Both the position numbers and the translations under genes were made by a program. A DNA stretch of 64,000 bases from Pavona decussata (lineage: Eukaryota). The stretch lies in NCBI GenBank assembly GCA_977016875.1, contig CDRNST010000123.1:2232001-2296000 (forward strand), given 5' to 3'. Numbering within the stretch: position 1 is the first letter of the stretch; every line of letters starts with the position of its first letter. The notes under the pieces were generated by a model. It saw only the letters and a program-made list of their open reading frames with translations, had not been told where the DNA came from and did no database searches. Below are positions 20,297 to 34,700 of the stretch, piece after piece.

Positions 20297-21216
20297 AAAT
20301 ATTGTAGTTACGAGACATTTGGAAAGATTATGTACACAAAGTATAAACAAAAGAAAAAAATTCAAGAACTGGAAAAGCTGTAAACACCTACAATGTAGAC
20401 ATCTGGTCCTTATCTGCTAAAAAAATAGTTACTGTTGAGTGACTTCTTGAACAGATTTTCAGCACGAACTCCTGGCTTAGTCTTAATTGTAGATTTGAAT
20501 GTAATTACCATTTAACCTTTTTATACCAAATATAAGTTGACATAAGCAGAAACGTTGACATGAGCAGAAATGCAGGTGTTTTGAAAAAGATATGAAAAGT
20601 TTAAAATCGCTACACCAAGGAAAAAACAAACCCGGGATGACAAGGGATTTTTTTCAATGCTTATTGTCACTTGTGAAAATGTGGAACTTTAAAGCATACT
20701 GCTATTTCAGTTAACATTGACAGATTTTAAAGCCTCGAGTGACAAAACCGAAAGGTAGTATGGGTAGGTGTAAATCTTTTGGAATTCGGCTGTAATGTAG
20801 AGGTTGTCAAGGCTACAGGATGGGAGAAAACACCGTAAACATTTGCCTCTATGATTATTTTCTGTTACAGTGATCCACAGCTGAGTTTGGTAAAGTTGCT
20901 AATCGATCACCGATATCACCTTGAGAGAAATTTCTTGGTCAAGTACAAAGCAAGACATCAAGGGATTATTAGCCGTGGTCACATTTGGGGAACTTGACTT
21001 GTTGACTTGTTACACTTGTAAGTGTAACCTATTTTGCCCTAGGTACTTTAATTCTGGGAAATTTTATCGTCTGCTTGGATAACAATAGTTTCCCTTGACA
21101 GTTACCCCAAATGAGAGAAAGGGAAAGTACAAATCCCAAGGTAGTAAACCAATATGTACTCGTCGACAAATGCGTTGAAGACAGAAGCCGAATTATAATC
21201 AGGTTGCGAAACTAAT

Positions 21217-21740
21217 TTCGGGAAGGAACATGTAATCAAGTCCTCAAGTCCTCAGCTTCTACTTCTCGCTTTGCAAGATCAGCCTAGTCTAAACGATTTG
21301 AGGGAGTAGATTGCGATCGCTTGAATTTGAGAGGTAAAAGTGTGTGGTGTGACCACGGCCAATATGTCTGACTTTTGTAGAAACTCCTTTTAGATTTGAA
21401 TGCATGTTTCACGAACTGTCTGATCTATAAGGGAAACTCTAGGAGCATCACAGACAACTGAAATTATACACAGGCGCTAGAGTCACTATTCAAAGCAATT
21501 TGGCGTAGGCAGTCAAATCGAGATTTCGGCCGGAATCTTCCACGTCTTGCACTCGTTTAGAAATGCCGTTCATATTAACACTTGCGCTTTCGTGATCTCA
21601 TCTATTAATAACATGGATTGTTTCGGGAAGAAACATGTAATCAAGTCCTCAAGTCCTCAGCTTTTATGTTCTCGCTTTGCGAGATCAGCTTAGCTTCGAC
21701 GTTTTGAGAGAGGAGATTGCGATCGCTTGAATTTGAGAAG
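21217..21740 (+). repeat. Two direct copies of a ~120-bp sequence, 404 bp apart
   Basis: TTTCGGGAAG.AACATGTAATCAAGTCCTCAAGTCCTCAGCTT...GATTGCGATCGCTTGAATTTGAGA at 21217 and 21621; partial third copy near 21847. Confidence 0.75.
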
Positions 21741-24667
21741 GTGATAGTGAGCGATCAATATTAAGTGGTTAAGTGGTTTCCCAGTTCCGAAAGGGAGTTT
21801 GTTGGGTATGTACACGAATTTAGCTTCTAGTCTAATTTTGAGATTGAATCAAGTCTTCGAGTCCTCAACTTAGACGTTCACGTTTTTCGAAATCAACTTA
21901 TATAGTCGGTGTTATTCGCATCTAATGCACAGTGATCAAGTGGCACAGTGGCAAGTCGTCAAAAGTGAAGCGGATATACTATCAACTGTTACGACTGTAG
22001 GAACAAAATTAGCATTTGAGAAGTATTTGGCTAACCCTTGAACGATTTTGGGTCATCAAAGGTTTCTGAAAGTTTGTGTTGAAAATATCCTTGAATACTA
22101 GCAGTAATCAAAGATTATTGGAGCATGTGCATTTGAGGCCTTGACTAGTATCAGATCCCATGACCAGGTGTCTCCATCTGTTTTAATTCCACGACTCAGC
22201 CATTCCCTGAGAAGATTTATTTTTAGAACTGTTTTTCTTGCAAAAAGGTATGATGTATGACAATTTAATTGCCATTGTTTTTCTTTGATTGGCTATTTTG
22301 AATGTGGGCATTCCAAAGGTCCCCTGAGACCCGTTCTAAAAATAAATCTACTCGGGACAGGGTTGACCCCAAGGCTCACTGAGAGATAGCAGCTCTGGGT
22401 CATGGCTTGTGCAAATTTAGCTATGGGGAACACTGCCTCCACCCTTCCTGTCCGTTTCAGTTTGGTTATTTCATTGTGATTGTTATTATTTAGGATGTTC
22501 AAAGCAAATGATGTTAAAGTTGGTTTTTGATGGGGTGCCAAGCAACAACCAGTTGCCTTAGGCAATCTAGCACTTAATGATAAGGTTCATCGTTTCTACA
22601 ACTCAGTACCGCGGATCTCTCATTCCATAGGCCGTCTTCCTTTTGACGTATACGTGTGTCAGGTTTTGCAGTGCTAGAGTCGGAATTTAAACCTTACATG
22701 AAAGTGAGGCAGTCAAGCTTCATGCAGGCGGAGCGAACGTAGATACCAGTTCCCGCACGAAAATGCCCCTGAAAAAGATCTACGGGAGAGGGGAAGGTTA
22801 ATTTATTCCGTGTTGAGAGCAAACGTGCATTCTCCTTCGTTGAACACAGAGAACGCGTTCGCAGGCAGGATAAATATTGATACATTCCTGGAGGTGAAGC
22901 AGAATTAAGCTCCTTTAAAAAGTTGGTTAAGGATTTAATTTCTTACAAGAGCTGATCGCTAAGGGAGGTTCGACTGAATACGATTGGTTTAGAAGGGAAA
23001 ATAACAATTTTAGAACCACCCGCTGAAAGAACAGAATAAAAAACAACAAAAAATCATAGCTCTGGGGTTAAATCATGCTTTAGACCACATCTTCATCAAG
23101 TTCGATCTTGTACAGTGCACTTGAATCTAGTGTGGGCCGAACGATAAGCTTTTTTTTTATGATATCAGTGTATAGCGTATAAAAAGAGACATTTTTATGC
23201 CTGGTGAAAACAAACGTCTATCTGGTACTTTTAGTGTTAATTAAAAAACCAATATAGAGCACGAGGTTTGTTTAGCAGAACTCCTGGAGATCAGTTAAAG
23301 ATTCATTGTATTGTCAAATAGAATTGCAATGAATTTAAAGAGACTCATAGCTGATTAAAAAGAATTTACTTTTAGCAGCGTTGCTTATTTTTATTTTTTT
23401 AATGTAGGTGATAGACAAACTTAAGAGTCATTGTTAAAAATGAACTTCATATGAAATGTAGAAACGTTTTGAAATCTAAGATGAAAAATAAACTTGTGGG
23501 ACAACAGGTCTCTAAAATTAAACCTGATTATATACAGCAAAACAAAGTGTCCAGACCTAAACATCTTTTGACGTCATAAATATATTAAAGTAGTTAAAAG
23601 AAAAGAGTGGATAAATGGTAGTAGCACACTGACATTTTAAAGTGGTGAGTACTAATTTCACCGGCAGACTACTTTTAATCACGGTATTTTGTAATGATGT
23701 ACTATTGGTATTGTGATCACTCGCCAGGATGTAGTAGTGTGTGTGTGTTTCAACGTTATTACCGCGTATTGACAAGCTTTGTTTAAATCTCTGTTCAATT
23801 ACTTCATAACTTAGAAATGATATCACCATTACGAAACCCTGTTACGCTTAGTACAGTTTAAATAATCTTCTGGACGTCGAATCTAGACGTATCCAAAAAT
23901 GTTGAAAATAATAGAAAAGAAATGATAAAAGGGGTTTTAAAAATATATATTTAAAGTTTTCAGGTACCATTTATGTACGAATCATTACAGTTGAAAGGCA
24001 GCTATAATCATTTATTTGGAATATATGTATTTTTATCTCAAGCAAATCTCTGTTCTTAGGGTGAGAAGAATACTTTTTCCACTTTAGAATTTTCCTACGT
24101 ATACAGAAATCCTTTGAGATTTCGCTATTCCCGCCATCGATCTCAAAACATTCAACATATTATTGAACAGCGCTCTCGCTTTAGAAACTGCAATAACTAA
24201 ATTTAAGGGCCTATGACTAAAAACTTAGGCGTTTAATGGTATCATTTACTAAATCCACTAAACTATTAGGTCAACTTAATTTTATTCGATCAGATTTGTT
24301 ATTTTACACAGAATTTTTGACAATGACACCAGCAATAAGAGGATTTGATACGGGTCTTCAGTTTAAATAAAAACAAGAATATGTTTTCATTTGTTTTCCC
24401 ATTTGTACAGAGAGATAAAATTCTTATATTTTTCTGACCTTGCGCTACATGTAGACTGGCTTATTTGCACAAACCATATTAGGGAAGGAGCGAAAAAGTT
24501 ATCCGCAACAGGCTACCACAGCCTTATTCTTTTTCTTCGCAACTTTTCTTCGGTCGTCTTGGCGCGCTTTTTTTCAAAAATTCAAATATGATCAAATTAG
24601 GCGTACTTTACATGAACTGTTTTTACAGTCAAGAGTGAAAAGACCTTATTGGGTGGTTTCACTTGGC

Positions 24668-24671
<4 letters not shown>

Positions 24672-24714
<43 letters not shown>

Positions 24715-25064
24715 GCGAGATACTCGGGTTTCCTATGGGTGGTGCCTACTAATACAGGAATATTTTTGCGCGGTTTAAAACTATACGGAGAGAGCAGAAC
24801 TTGCCAAATACCTTTGGTATCTCAAAAGAAAATCTGGGGTAACCATGCATTTTTCAGAGAAAATTAAGCTTCGATTTAGGAAAAAATCCCATACATTGCT
24901 TTATATTTTGGCGCTTTTTAGAGATATTGTTGCTTAATTATCTCTGAAAAATGCGTGGTTACCCCCAATTTTCTTTTTGGATTCCAATAGGCCTTGCTAA
25001 GATCTGCTTTTCCCGCATAGTCATAAACCGCACAAAAATACTTTGGTATTAGTAGGCACCGTCC
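24672..25064. mobile_element. Non-autonomous DNA transposon with TTAA TSD (Kolobok-like)
   Basis: TTAA-GGACGGTGCCTACTA ... TAGTAGGCACCGTCC-TTAA. Confidence 0.85.
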
Positions 25065-25892
25065 TTAAACGTAGTCAAATCGACAAGGGTTAAGTACTAT
25101 GAGTCCAGAACGCGTAGTGGTCTACGTGAAGGACTATCGATGCGTAGTGGTGTATGCGTTGGATTATCGATCGCACTTTCGATCGCAAGATCAGCAGGTC
25201 AGCGGTTAGAAACCAGGTTAGATTCAGATTCTTTCATTTATGCACTGTTTCAATAGTTTACTACAAAAGGAAATTATGATACATCACAAAAGTAACATAA
25301 AGACAACATTAAATTACATAAATCATCAAAGGTAAAATGTGCCCAGTGACCAAAGGAGCTTAGTCTTTCGAGTTGGTCACTGCCACGTCCAGCTAACTGG
25401 CGTATAACGTGCAACTAACTAAGTACCACAAAACAAAAGACAAGAACATTTAAAGAGTAATATCGACCTTTTGAAGCACAGCAAACAAGAAGATAAGTAG
25501 CACAAGTAGATCTGCACTCTCGCATCACGGACCTTTACTCATGGTTTACTCCACATTCCCTCTCGCTACCAAGGTTTATAAATGGGTGCCGCCCGCGAAG
25601 AACCTTTGACAGTCATCCCACCCAGGGAGGAGTAGAAGCACTTTAAGCTCCAGCCAAGTTGGTCTTGCGTCACCGTAGTCACCTTATCCCTTAGCACAAT
25701 TGCGGATGCTGCGCATAAGATAGGGCAGTACAACCAACTATTCGACCACCTGATTCTATAAATATAAAAGCCTTTGTATATTTGAAATAGCGGTTGTGGT
25801 TAACTGAAAAATTTTGCAAAATCTATGCAACAGTGCGCATGCTGTTGAGGTGGAAGTTAGAAAAATATTTTTTTATTTTCTTTCAGAATGCA

Positions 25893-28718
25893 ATGAAGTC
25901 ACTACACTGGCTGCTTATCATACAGCTATTCATTACGTTTATTTATTTTCAAGGGAGCGACGGTAAGGTTTTTATTCACTAAGGTTATTCAAATTAATAC
26001 GTGAAGCAAGTAAGTGGCCCCGCTCGCCACGAGTCTCTCCGACTAGTATACCAAAGATCACGAGTACGATTCCATTCCTGTGAGTCTTTGCCGCTTTTTG
26101 TCATATGCTCATGGAAAAAAAAACATTTCACCTTTCTTGTTAAGTTAACATTTTATTCCGAAACAAGACAAAAGTTCCAAACTAACGATTGGCAAACTTA
26201 TTTCATCCTCAATCTTAAACTATAGGTACCTTGTGCAGACGCCCCGTGGATATAACCTTCGCAGTAGACGCGTCAAGTAGTGTTGGTGAGTGGGGGTACT
26301 CCAAAGAAAAGGATTTCGTTCGCAATGTCGTACGCCAGTTCGGAATCTCGCGGTCAGGGACACATGTAGCAGTCATTGTATACAGCACAAAAGCGAGTGT
26401 TCAAATACCATTAACTCGTCACTTCAGTTATCCAAGTTTCTTCTATGCTGTGGGACGCCTTCCCTATACCAGGGGAGTAACAAGGATAGATTTGGCACTG
26501 AAGACGGCAGCGGAAGAGGTGTTTGTTGAGGATGGAGGCTCCAGGAGCAATGTTCCAAAGATCCTGATATTGATGACGGATGGATATCAAACTCGCACAG
26601 CAGATTCGGTAGCGCTTGATAAGGCAATACTTCCTTTGAGAGCTATAGGCGTGCAAGTGTATGCCCTGGCAATAGGGCGCTACATCAAAGACTATGAATT
26701 GAGGTTGATTGTAGAGAAGAAAAAGAATATTTTTCGAGTCAACACTTTCCCTGGTATTATAAACATAGTAAGACGACTGACAACAAAGGCATGTGCAGAA
26801 GGTGAGTAAGTACTGAGCAAACCGAGCAAGACAAAACGTGCACTCTAATCATAATCATTTAACCCCAAAGCACCTCAGTTAATAGGCCTAGAAGGATGCA
26901 GATTTTACCCCCCCCCCCCCCCTCTTCCAATGTAGCATCGCGCATCTTAGCTATGACGATGCAATGAAACTTTGAAGGTATATAGTACTCACAATACGTT
27001 TTCCTTCGAGGCTGATAAATGGGATGATAATGACAAATGACGTGGTAATTACTATTCTCCATTTCTCCAAAAACCAGAAATCAAATTAAATTCGCCTTTT
27101 CATGAATGAAAATAAACGCAAAAAGAGACAAAAAGCTTTCCTAATGAAAATTTTATTGAGATATTAAAGTCTTTGCTTACGTTTCAAAATCGAAAGCGTA
27201 CAGACAGCAACACGCCAAGCGATGCGAAAAATTGGCCGAATTTATTCACCGAAACGGGGCACGTTTTTCAAACATTTTTTTAAAGTGTTAGGAATACGAA
27301 GAATCGGTCAGTTAAGACAGTAGATCAGTACAAATTCAAAAAAAACCTGTAGGCTTCGGTAAGGTGGATTCCCAGAGGTGCTCAACAATTTCGAGAAAGT
27401 CCGCGACTCCGCTGATGATTCCTCTTTGCTGTAACAAAACTAAAATCCGTTCTTCTGTTTTTCGCCTTAAAATCTTGGATATCTACTGTTATAGCTGTCG
27501 AGTAATCCCAAGAAATTCTCCTTTCGATTGACCGCTCGTGAACGTACATATCAATCCAAGAAGGCATAACTGATTTGGCACAGGTTCGGCTCGATGTCGA
27601 GTCGGTAAAGCCTGTAATTCTATGATCTCCAGATGATCACAAAATTAACAGCCCAGCAACTAACCGAATGATCTTCCAAACAAAACCTGTTCGATTACAT
27701 GCTAAATTAAAATTGCTCATTAAGGGACAAAAAGTCTTTCTCTCACTCCCCAGGTGAATTAAATTTGATAAACGGGGATGCCCAATAACGCATGCCAAAC
27801 CGCTTTGGAAAAAGCATGGTTTTATTAGTATTCTGGTGTTTTAATCTTTTTCTAAATTTATTAATGCAGGGAAAATACAAAATAAGGGCAAGTTCGCTAT
27901 TTTTCTTAATTGCGTTGAAAGTATCTATCTTCATCTTAGTCATTTTGGTGACCAAGCCCTTACCCTACTATATTCCAATTACTGCAAGTATTTTTCTTTG
28001 ACGGGTCATGCACATTCATATATTTTATTTTATTTTGTATTTTCTCTTATCTTGACTTCACTGACAGCTCTCCCTGTGGCCTTTGCCATCTTTCCTCTGA
28101 ACAAACAAACCCAAGGAAAAGACATTGGCGCACGTCGAGCTCCCACGGCTACTTTAAGCTCTGTGACTACTTTACCGGGACCTTACGGTAGACTCGGCGG
28201 ATCGTTTTATCTACAAGGAACATCCAACAGTTTCATCGACTTCCCAAACAGAGTTGGTGGCAGACTTGACACCTGGAGTTCCATTTCCATTTTTCTGTGG
28301 GTCTACCCCGAAGGGAGACCGGGTCCGATAATTAACTATCGACGGAGGGGACACGGTGTTGGACTTTGGTTGTCAGGAACACGCCTGCTTCAGGGACACA
28401 TTTACAGCCGTCGTTACTTTTACAGGAGAACCATGTATTTTTATCGCTTTCGCCCGAGGAAATGGTACTTTGTGGGACTAATGTACGATAACACCAGAGG
28501 CACTGCTGTCTTGTGGGTCAATGGTCGAGTGGTAAGAAGCAAGATTTCTATTTTAAATATAAAACTATTGGGCATAAAGCTTTGCCGGTGGGTTCGACTC
28601 GAGTCGAGGACCTGGAATCTCTACTTTAACCACCATTCTTGTGCAAAATGAGTAAGGGCTACTTATTTACATAACCCGAGCTTATCATTTATTATCCTCC
28701 CCTTCTCAGTCACTGCTG

Positions 28719-28789
<71 letters not shown>

Positions 28790-31700
28790 CTTAATTTATA
28801 TATTTATTTATAAAGTCTGTTGGTATTTGGAAGTGTTCATCTGTTGGATCCAAAGGAACTGCCTGTACTATTAATAGTGCTATATACCTGCTTCGTAGAT
28901 ATTCCACCAGATTATTTATATTATTTATATTTTACGCGATTATCTGATACAACAACGTAACCTACAGTACTAAAGAATGCGAATGCACACCAAGAACATT
29001 ATAAGGGTTTGAACTGTTTCTTGGAGCAAAGCTCTATAGCCGAATTGCGAATTTTCTCCGTCCAATTGAACTTTTCGATGCAGCGCCAGACACAGGATTT
29101 CACCATCTCAATTTCCAAGTGTCATTTCGAGTAACAGTGATCTGATGCGCTCTACATCAGTGACGGTTCGTGAGATATGAAGTCAGCTTGAAAAGACGTC
29201 TGTGGAAACCTTGAACAGTTCATTCATTTCATGATCTCAGCCGCGGTGCACAACCCTTGAATGGGTGGTGATTAGACGTCTTCTCCGATCTTTACATCAC
29301 CATCATCATTATCACCAGCAGCAGCAATATCATCAGCTTTATTTAGAACACAGTATTTCTTCAATCGTGTTCAATGCGTTACTCCTCCAAAGACGAGCGA
29401 GAAGATTTGCCAAAGATACGAGGCAAAGTTCAGTTAGCGTCGACATTAGAACAATCGAATTCAAAGGGTGGAGAATCGCTTAATATTGCAAGGAACGAGA
29501 CAAATTTTAAATGTAATCGTGATACAAACGTATCAAATAGTTGCGAAACCATTTCAGAGCTGAGTCACTATAGCTTCAGTTGTATAACTTGTTGATTACC
29601 TGTGATTTTAGGTCTCTCGAACAAGGATGAGCCGCATTTACCTGGCCACTCAGCATCCAATTCGAATGGGAGCCGTAAACAACGTGCGACAGTATTTTAG
29701 AGGCCGTGTCACATGTCTGCAACTGTATGGGATAGTGTTGAATGCCAATCAAATAGCCAGCATAAAGAAGAAATGTGCTGCAAAGGATCGTAAGTAGCAA
29801 GAGTGAATACACGGAATGGAATAGTTTGTGTGATCCATTCCGCCCCTGAAATTTAAATAACCTTTTCATGTAGACTAGTTGCTTTGACGGTGTAAGTTAA
29901 CTACGTACTACCGCATTGTAACATACCGATTTACCATGCAGTTAATTGGGCGACGAAGGTTTTGTTGCTGTCATTCACGATAGTCTCTCATTGCTAGTTA
30001 CAAAAAAGGTTTACACCAATCCTTGAACCTAACCGGGTCTGTGGTGTATTATAAAAATTAACCATAAATGTAAAAAAAATAAATTGCAATTACTTTGTTC
30101 ATAGCGAATATGTACTAAGCTAGTTTCTAGGCACTCCATTTAAATAAGAGCGAAAGAAAATTCCAAATAGTGAGTGTAGCTTAGAAATCACAACTGGCAG
30201 AAATCGAATTAACGTAGGAAGTGTGCTGTTTATAAGTGTCGCTGGAGAGTTGAACTTACCGTGTAGCATGAAAATTTTGCGGGTTCTAATTTTTGTGGAT
30301 TTTGCGGATTGACCCCGATCCGCAAAAATTAGTTCCCGTAAAAATAAACACCGGCAAAATAAAACGCCGCAAATATTAACTCCCCTAAATCAAATTAAAA
30401 ACTTCACTTTAATAGATCTGCGCCACTGGGGCGATATACATTGGACTTAAACAGACCAACCATGCTCTAGTGGCGTTTCTGCGGCGGCCTGCACAGAAGT
30501 TATTTCAACTCTTGAAACTTCAACTGAAAAGAGTGTTATTATCATCGGCTGAGTCTGCCTCATTGCGTTACAGTAGGGCAAAGTTTTGCATTTTAGCAGG
30601 CCGCTCCCAGTTAGGTCTTAAAGTTGTATACTTGCTACATCTTTCATTCGAAAGCCCCTCTGTATGCCTAGAAAGGTTTCAGCTACGGTAATTCAAACAT
30701 TCATACTGCTTTCTTGTAAAATAATATAGTGTTTGGTTGTGCATAGTAGGCCAGCTAGGCTTTTTGTTTTGTTTTGTTGTTGTTCAGTCTCTTTACGCAG
30801 TAAGGTATTACAGTGGTATGTCTCCAATATGTAAGTAGAGTGAACTGTGACTTAACATACCGTACAATAAAAGTTAAAAATATTAACGTTTCTTCCACTT
30901 AAATGCTCTGCTTCTTGAACAGAGCATCGCAAAAATTAGTTCCCAGCAAAAATTTTAGTTATCTCGAACCGCAAATATTTGTTCCCGCACACCACAAAAA
31001 CTCACCAATCCGCAAAATAAAACTCCCGCAAAAGTTTCTTGCTACACGGTAGTCTTCATACCCTGAAACAATCTCCAGAAACTAATCTGAGCGGGAACTG
31101 ATCCTTTAACCTCCGGATTTTAATAGAGGAACCCTAACTCTTCAGTCGGAGCGGGTTGCCTCCCAGAGATACACACACTTTATTTCAATTCAGACTACTG
31201 TTACACAATAACGTCCTGATGTCTCAGAAAAGAACAAAAACAAGAACAAAAATACCACAACAATTGCCACTAATATGTACTTGGTACATTTCTTTTTCTT
31301 TATCCAGAGAAAGATCCTTGCCTTTCCAGTCCATGTCAAAATGGCGGAAGCTGCATTATCGATCAACGCCAACAAACCGGTTACCGCTGTCGCTGTAGAC
31401 CAGGATACAGTGGGCACAAATGTGAAGGTAAAGCATGTCCCCATCATAAATTGTTGTTTTTAAAATGAATGTTCATTCCTTTGTTCAAAACGTTGCAGGC
31501 CAAAGATATTGACAAAGAAAAATCATCTATGTGGGTTGCTTGAGATTCAATAGTTCAAGGGAGGCATGTTAACAGTATTCTTGTCTACTAATTTCCATTA
31601 ATTCTACAGTTGAATCATTTTATGATTACCAATTTTAAAACGCTTAACATTAAACGACCTTTACAGGCGTCGCCTTTAAAGAAATAATAAGACCCAACTT

Positions 31701-34700
31701 TTATCAGGGAGAAAAACGCTCTCGTGTCAATGACTGTATAAAACTCACCTTTAATCCATATCCTTTCTTAAAGATAGTTAAAACTGTTATAAAATTCCCG
31801 TTTGGTTGTGTTGACAGTCAAACCTCCGCGGCCGACAGCAAGACCTACAGGAAGGCCCACAGGTAGACCAACTGGACGACCAACTGGAAAACCCACAACT
31901 CGAGGAACATCAGGTAAAATTATTTTTCAAGTTCGATTGTCTCACGTTAAAACAAAAGGTGACATTTGCGATAACGAAGAATAGTAGACAGGTAATTAAA
32001 TATTTGATTTAGTTATTCCTGAAGTGGGTGTCCTCTTTGAGATGGTTACTTGTTGACAATAAAGTTGATTTGCTATTCTCCTTTTCAGGTACACCTGGCC
32101 GAAGAATTAGCTCAACACCAAGTGCAGGGCAAACTACTACTCCATCCGGAACATCAGGAGTCACTACACCTGGAGTTATTTCAAACATACGTGAGTGTGT
32201 TAACCAAGTTAACCAAGCTATGATATGGCTTATGTTAGCTGATCACAGTGACGACAAATATAAATGCATTTGTGTACTGACTTATCTCCGAACGAAGATG
32301 CCCAGCCACGCGAATCCTTAGGAATGGCCTCCTCCTTACGGAAAATTCTTGGCTTTCCCTTTTGTAGAAATGACGGATCATTTCGATCCCCTGGAATTAC
32401 AGCTGTGATGAAATGGCATCTCCAAAAATAATACCCTATATCTACCCTACGAATACAGCAGTCTCTCTTCTGTATTTACATGTTACAAAAATGTCTGATC
32501 ACTTCAAATTGTACATACTAGTGCTTGCTATTTCCAAAAAAGGTAGTCTTAATATACTTCCAAGAATGTTAGATTATTTTCAGGGATACAAGAGTATTTC
32601 AAAAAATTGATGAATTGCAACTGCAAGTGTTACGAGATAATCAACTCAGCCCTTTGTTTTCCGTTCTGTATGCTTCAATCGCCCTCTCTATGTTTCGTCG
32701 TTTCACGCTTTGAAACCTACCTTAGAGCAAGAAAAAATAAATATGCGTGTTTTAAAGCCAGCTTTAATGCCACCTAAGTCTGCTCATTGAGCAACACAGA
32801 TCATTTGGTCATAAAGAAAACGCTGCTTTTCTGTTGCATGTAGCTGGATTCAGAGTAGAGATTGTGGAGTACATCAACAGATTTCGAAGACTTCATGGCG
32901 CAGGCCCTCTCATCTTGTCCAGTCGCATTTCTTTGGCCGCCCAGAACTGGGCACACACGCTGGTCTCGCGAGGAACGGCCTCCATTGATCCAAACACAAG
33001 CTACGGGACGAATGTTTTCACCAGAGTTGGTCTTCAAACAGGATTGGCTCAAGCGGCTGTGGTGACGTGGTATACATCTGTGAAGCATTATGATTGGGCA
33101 AAACGCAAGCCAAAAGTCCTTGCGTTGCCTTTCGTTCACCTTATTTGGCTTTCAAGTAACTTTGTAGGCGTTGGTCTGGCCAGGTCACCGACTGCGAAGT
33201 TTTATGTTGTGGTGTACTTTGATCCCATGCCGGGAAATAAAGAACCGTTACTTAAGGACAACGTTCTACCATACACAGGTATTTAGCCGAGATATTTACA
33301 AAATTATCTTTAACACATTTAAAATAATCACAGCTGTTAACTGTTTTTACCTTATACTCACTGGCGCAACATAATGAAACATATCGCTAATGGATAAGGC
33401 AATTTTATGTGCATCGCTCATGCTTTCAAAAGTTCTTATGAACATTTAATTTGTCATTTAATATTTTTGCTCTAAAATTAGTTTCAATTTGAATTTGATA
33501 TTACAGATTTACCTTTCTCGCGTTTGTTTTTTTTTTTTTTTTTTTCTTATTTTACTGGCATTATTTTATTCTTTCTGCCTGTGGCACGAACAAACCTTGT
33601 TACTGAGTCATACTTTAATTTTGTTTTCAGACGTATTTATCTTAATGCAAGGTGGTAAGTACATGTCTCACCATTTTAAATAATAATCCTACGTCAAACA
33701 CCCCCTACAGCAGTGGCAACATTAAGTTCTCAAAGTTGCAGTCCTCGGTAAAAAATGACTCCCCCCCCTCCCCCCTAACCCTACCTCCCAAGAAAGACTT
33801 AAAACATATTAAGCTAGTGGCTCTTGTCTGGATAAGACGAGGGAGTAAATAGCCGTTTTTATACTAAAGATCCTTCTATGAAGAACTTGTAATTAGGCAA
33901 ACATTTGTGGTGCTTCTGGTTATGCTTATCGTACTTCATCTAGCATAAAGAAGGAAAAATGGCGGATTGTGTCTAGACAAACTATTTCGAACAGTGCTTT
34001 GTTGAAGAAGATTAGGCTTATCTCAGTCTTTATGCTAGACGAACTACGAGACGCGTAACCAGATGCCCTACAGATGTTTTACCAAGTTCGAATGATTACA
34101 CTTCTGTAGTATGAAAAGTATGAAAACGTCCACTATTGTAGTCTGGAAAGAAACCGTGAGGGAAGACAGTGATCTCCGTCATTGAATTCATTCACTTTAT
34201 TCTCACTTTGATTTCACCGCTCTTGCTGCACATAATGGCACGTTTTATAACAAGAGTATGGAACATTTGCTGATCCTGTGAGCATATGATCTTGTCGTGG
34301 ACCTTGTGTCTGAGTTCACCGGGGCCTATACGGGCGAGGGATTTTTTTCTACTGATGCTCAACTACGCAGGCTTCATCTAGTAGGAAGCTGGCAACATGG
34401 AAAGGATAGCCACCTAGTCCTCCAGGTTTGGGGTTGGGCGGTGGGTAAACTACCTATCAATCTAAAACTACTACTGGCTACTGCGGTGAGATTCGTTCTA
34501 TAAGAAATCCCGCGCTTTGGGGAACTATAAACCGTAGGTATTCACCATTTGATGGCACCATCAAGAAATACTTCCGATCTCGACTTATCACCGTTACTAA
34601 ATTTGTCACGTTTGCCTTCATCAAGAATTGGTGAAATATTTGGCTTTCATCTGTAAAGGACTTGACTCAATTATTTCTCACGATCCCTTGGTTTTTACCT

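Noticed and set aside
22293-22885. Possible minus-strand exon (about 22698-22768, AG/GT-bounded) and a 90-aa ORF
   Set aside because: No recognisable domain and no consistent multi-exon model could be built.
25500-25650. TATA-like TTTATAAATGGG as promoter of copy B
   Set aside because: Lies in what looks like a SINE body remnant; not supportable as the promoter.
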